Assembly (NCBI GenBank): GCA_964016885.1
Contig: OZ024744.1
Coordinates: 82,088,001-82,152,000 of the forward strand
DNA from: Eledone cirrhosa
Lineage: Eukaryota
Length of the DNA: 64,000 nt
Reading direction: 5' to 3'
Shown here: piece by piece, positions 63,945-64,000 of the stretch
Layout of the letters: the number at the start of each line of letters is the position of its first letter
Numbering within the stretch: position 1 is the stretch's first letter
Notes under the pieces: model-generated
The model's database searches: none
Told to the model about the DNA's origin: nothing
Seen by the model: the letters and a program-made list of their open reading frames with translations, nothing else
Made by a program: the position numbers and the translations under genes

Positions 63945-64000
63945 CATGGACTTCAGCTCCTACCTCGACGACGTACCACGACTCTCGACCACGGATGCGG

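Overview
Eukaryotic, gene-free, repeat-saturated animal DNA. It is most likely an octopus/cephalopod scaffold, inferred from the SINE family and extreme microsatellite load. There is a 200-N gap at 37954-38153 and no host gene is supported; most ORF-track entries are microsatellite translations. Contents: decayed non-LTR retrotransposons (Tx1/L1-like, R4/Dong-like, RTE, CRE-like, I/Jockey-like fragments); five Penelope-like element (PLE) fragments from three protein subtypes; many copies of a tRNA-derived SINE; non-autonomous Helitrons, one with a head-to-tail junction; MITEs; a 3.8-kb 11-bp satellite; and long trinucleotide fields. The most striking signal is about 20 type I hammerhead-ribozyme (HHR) motifs read by eye on both strands, from more than 10 sequence families. 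Most lie in short (roughly 150-550 bp) non-coding elements embedded in (TA)n tracts, with foldback or partial-tandem architecture. These look like a diverse population of non-autonomous PLE-dependent, retrozyme-like RNAs. They include a CAGAAGA core variant seen in two copies and several forms with long stem-II inserts. Structures were inferred manually and need computational and biochemical confirmation.
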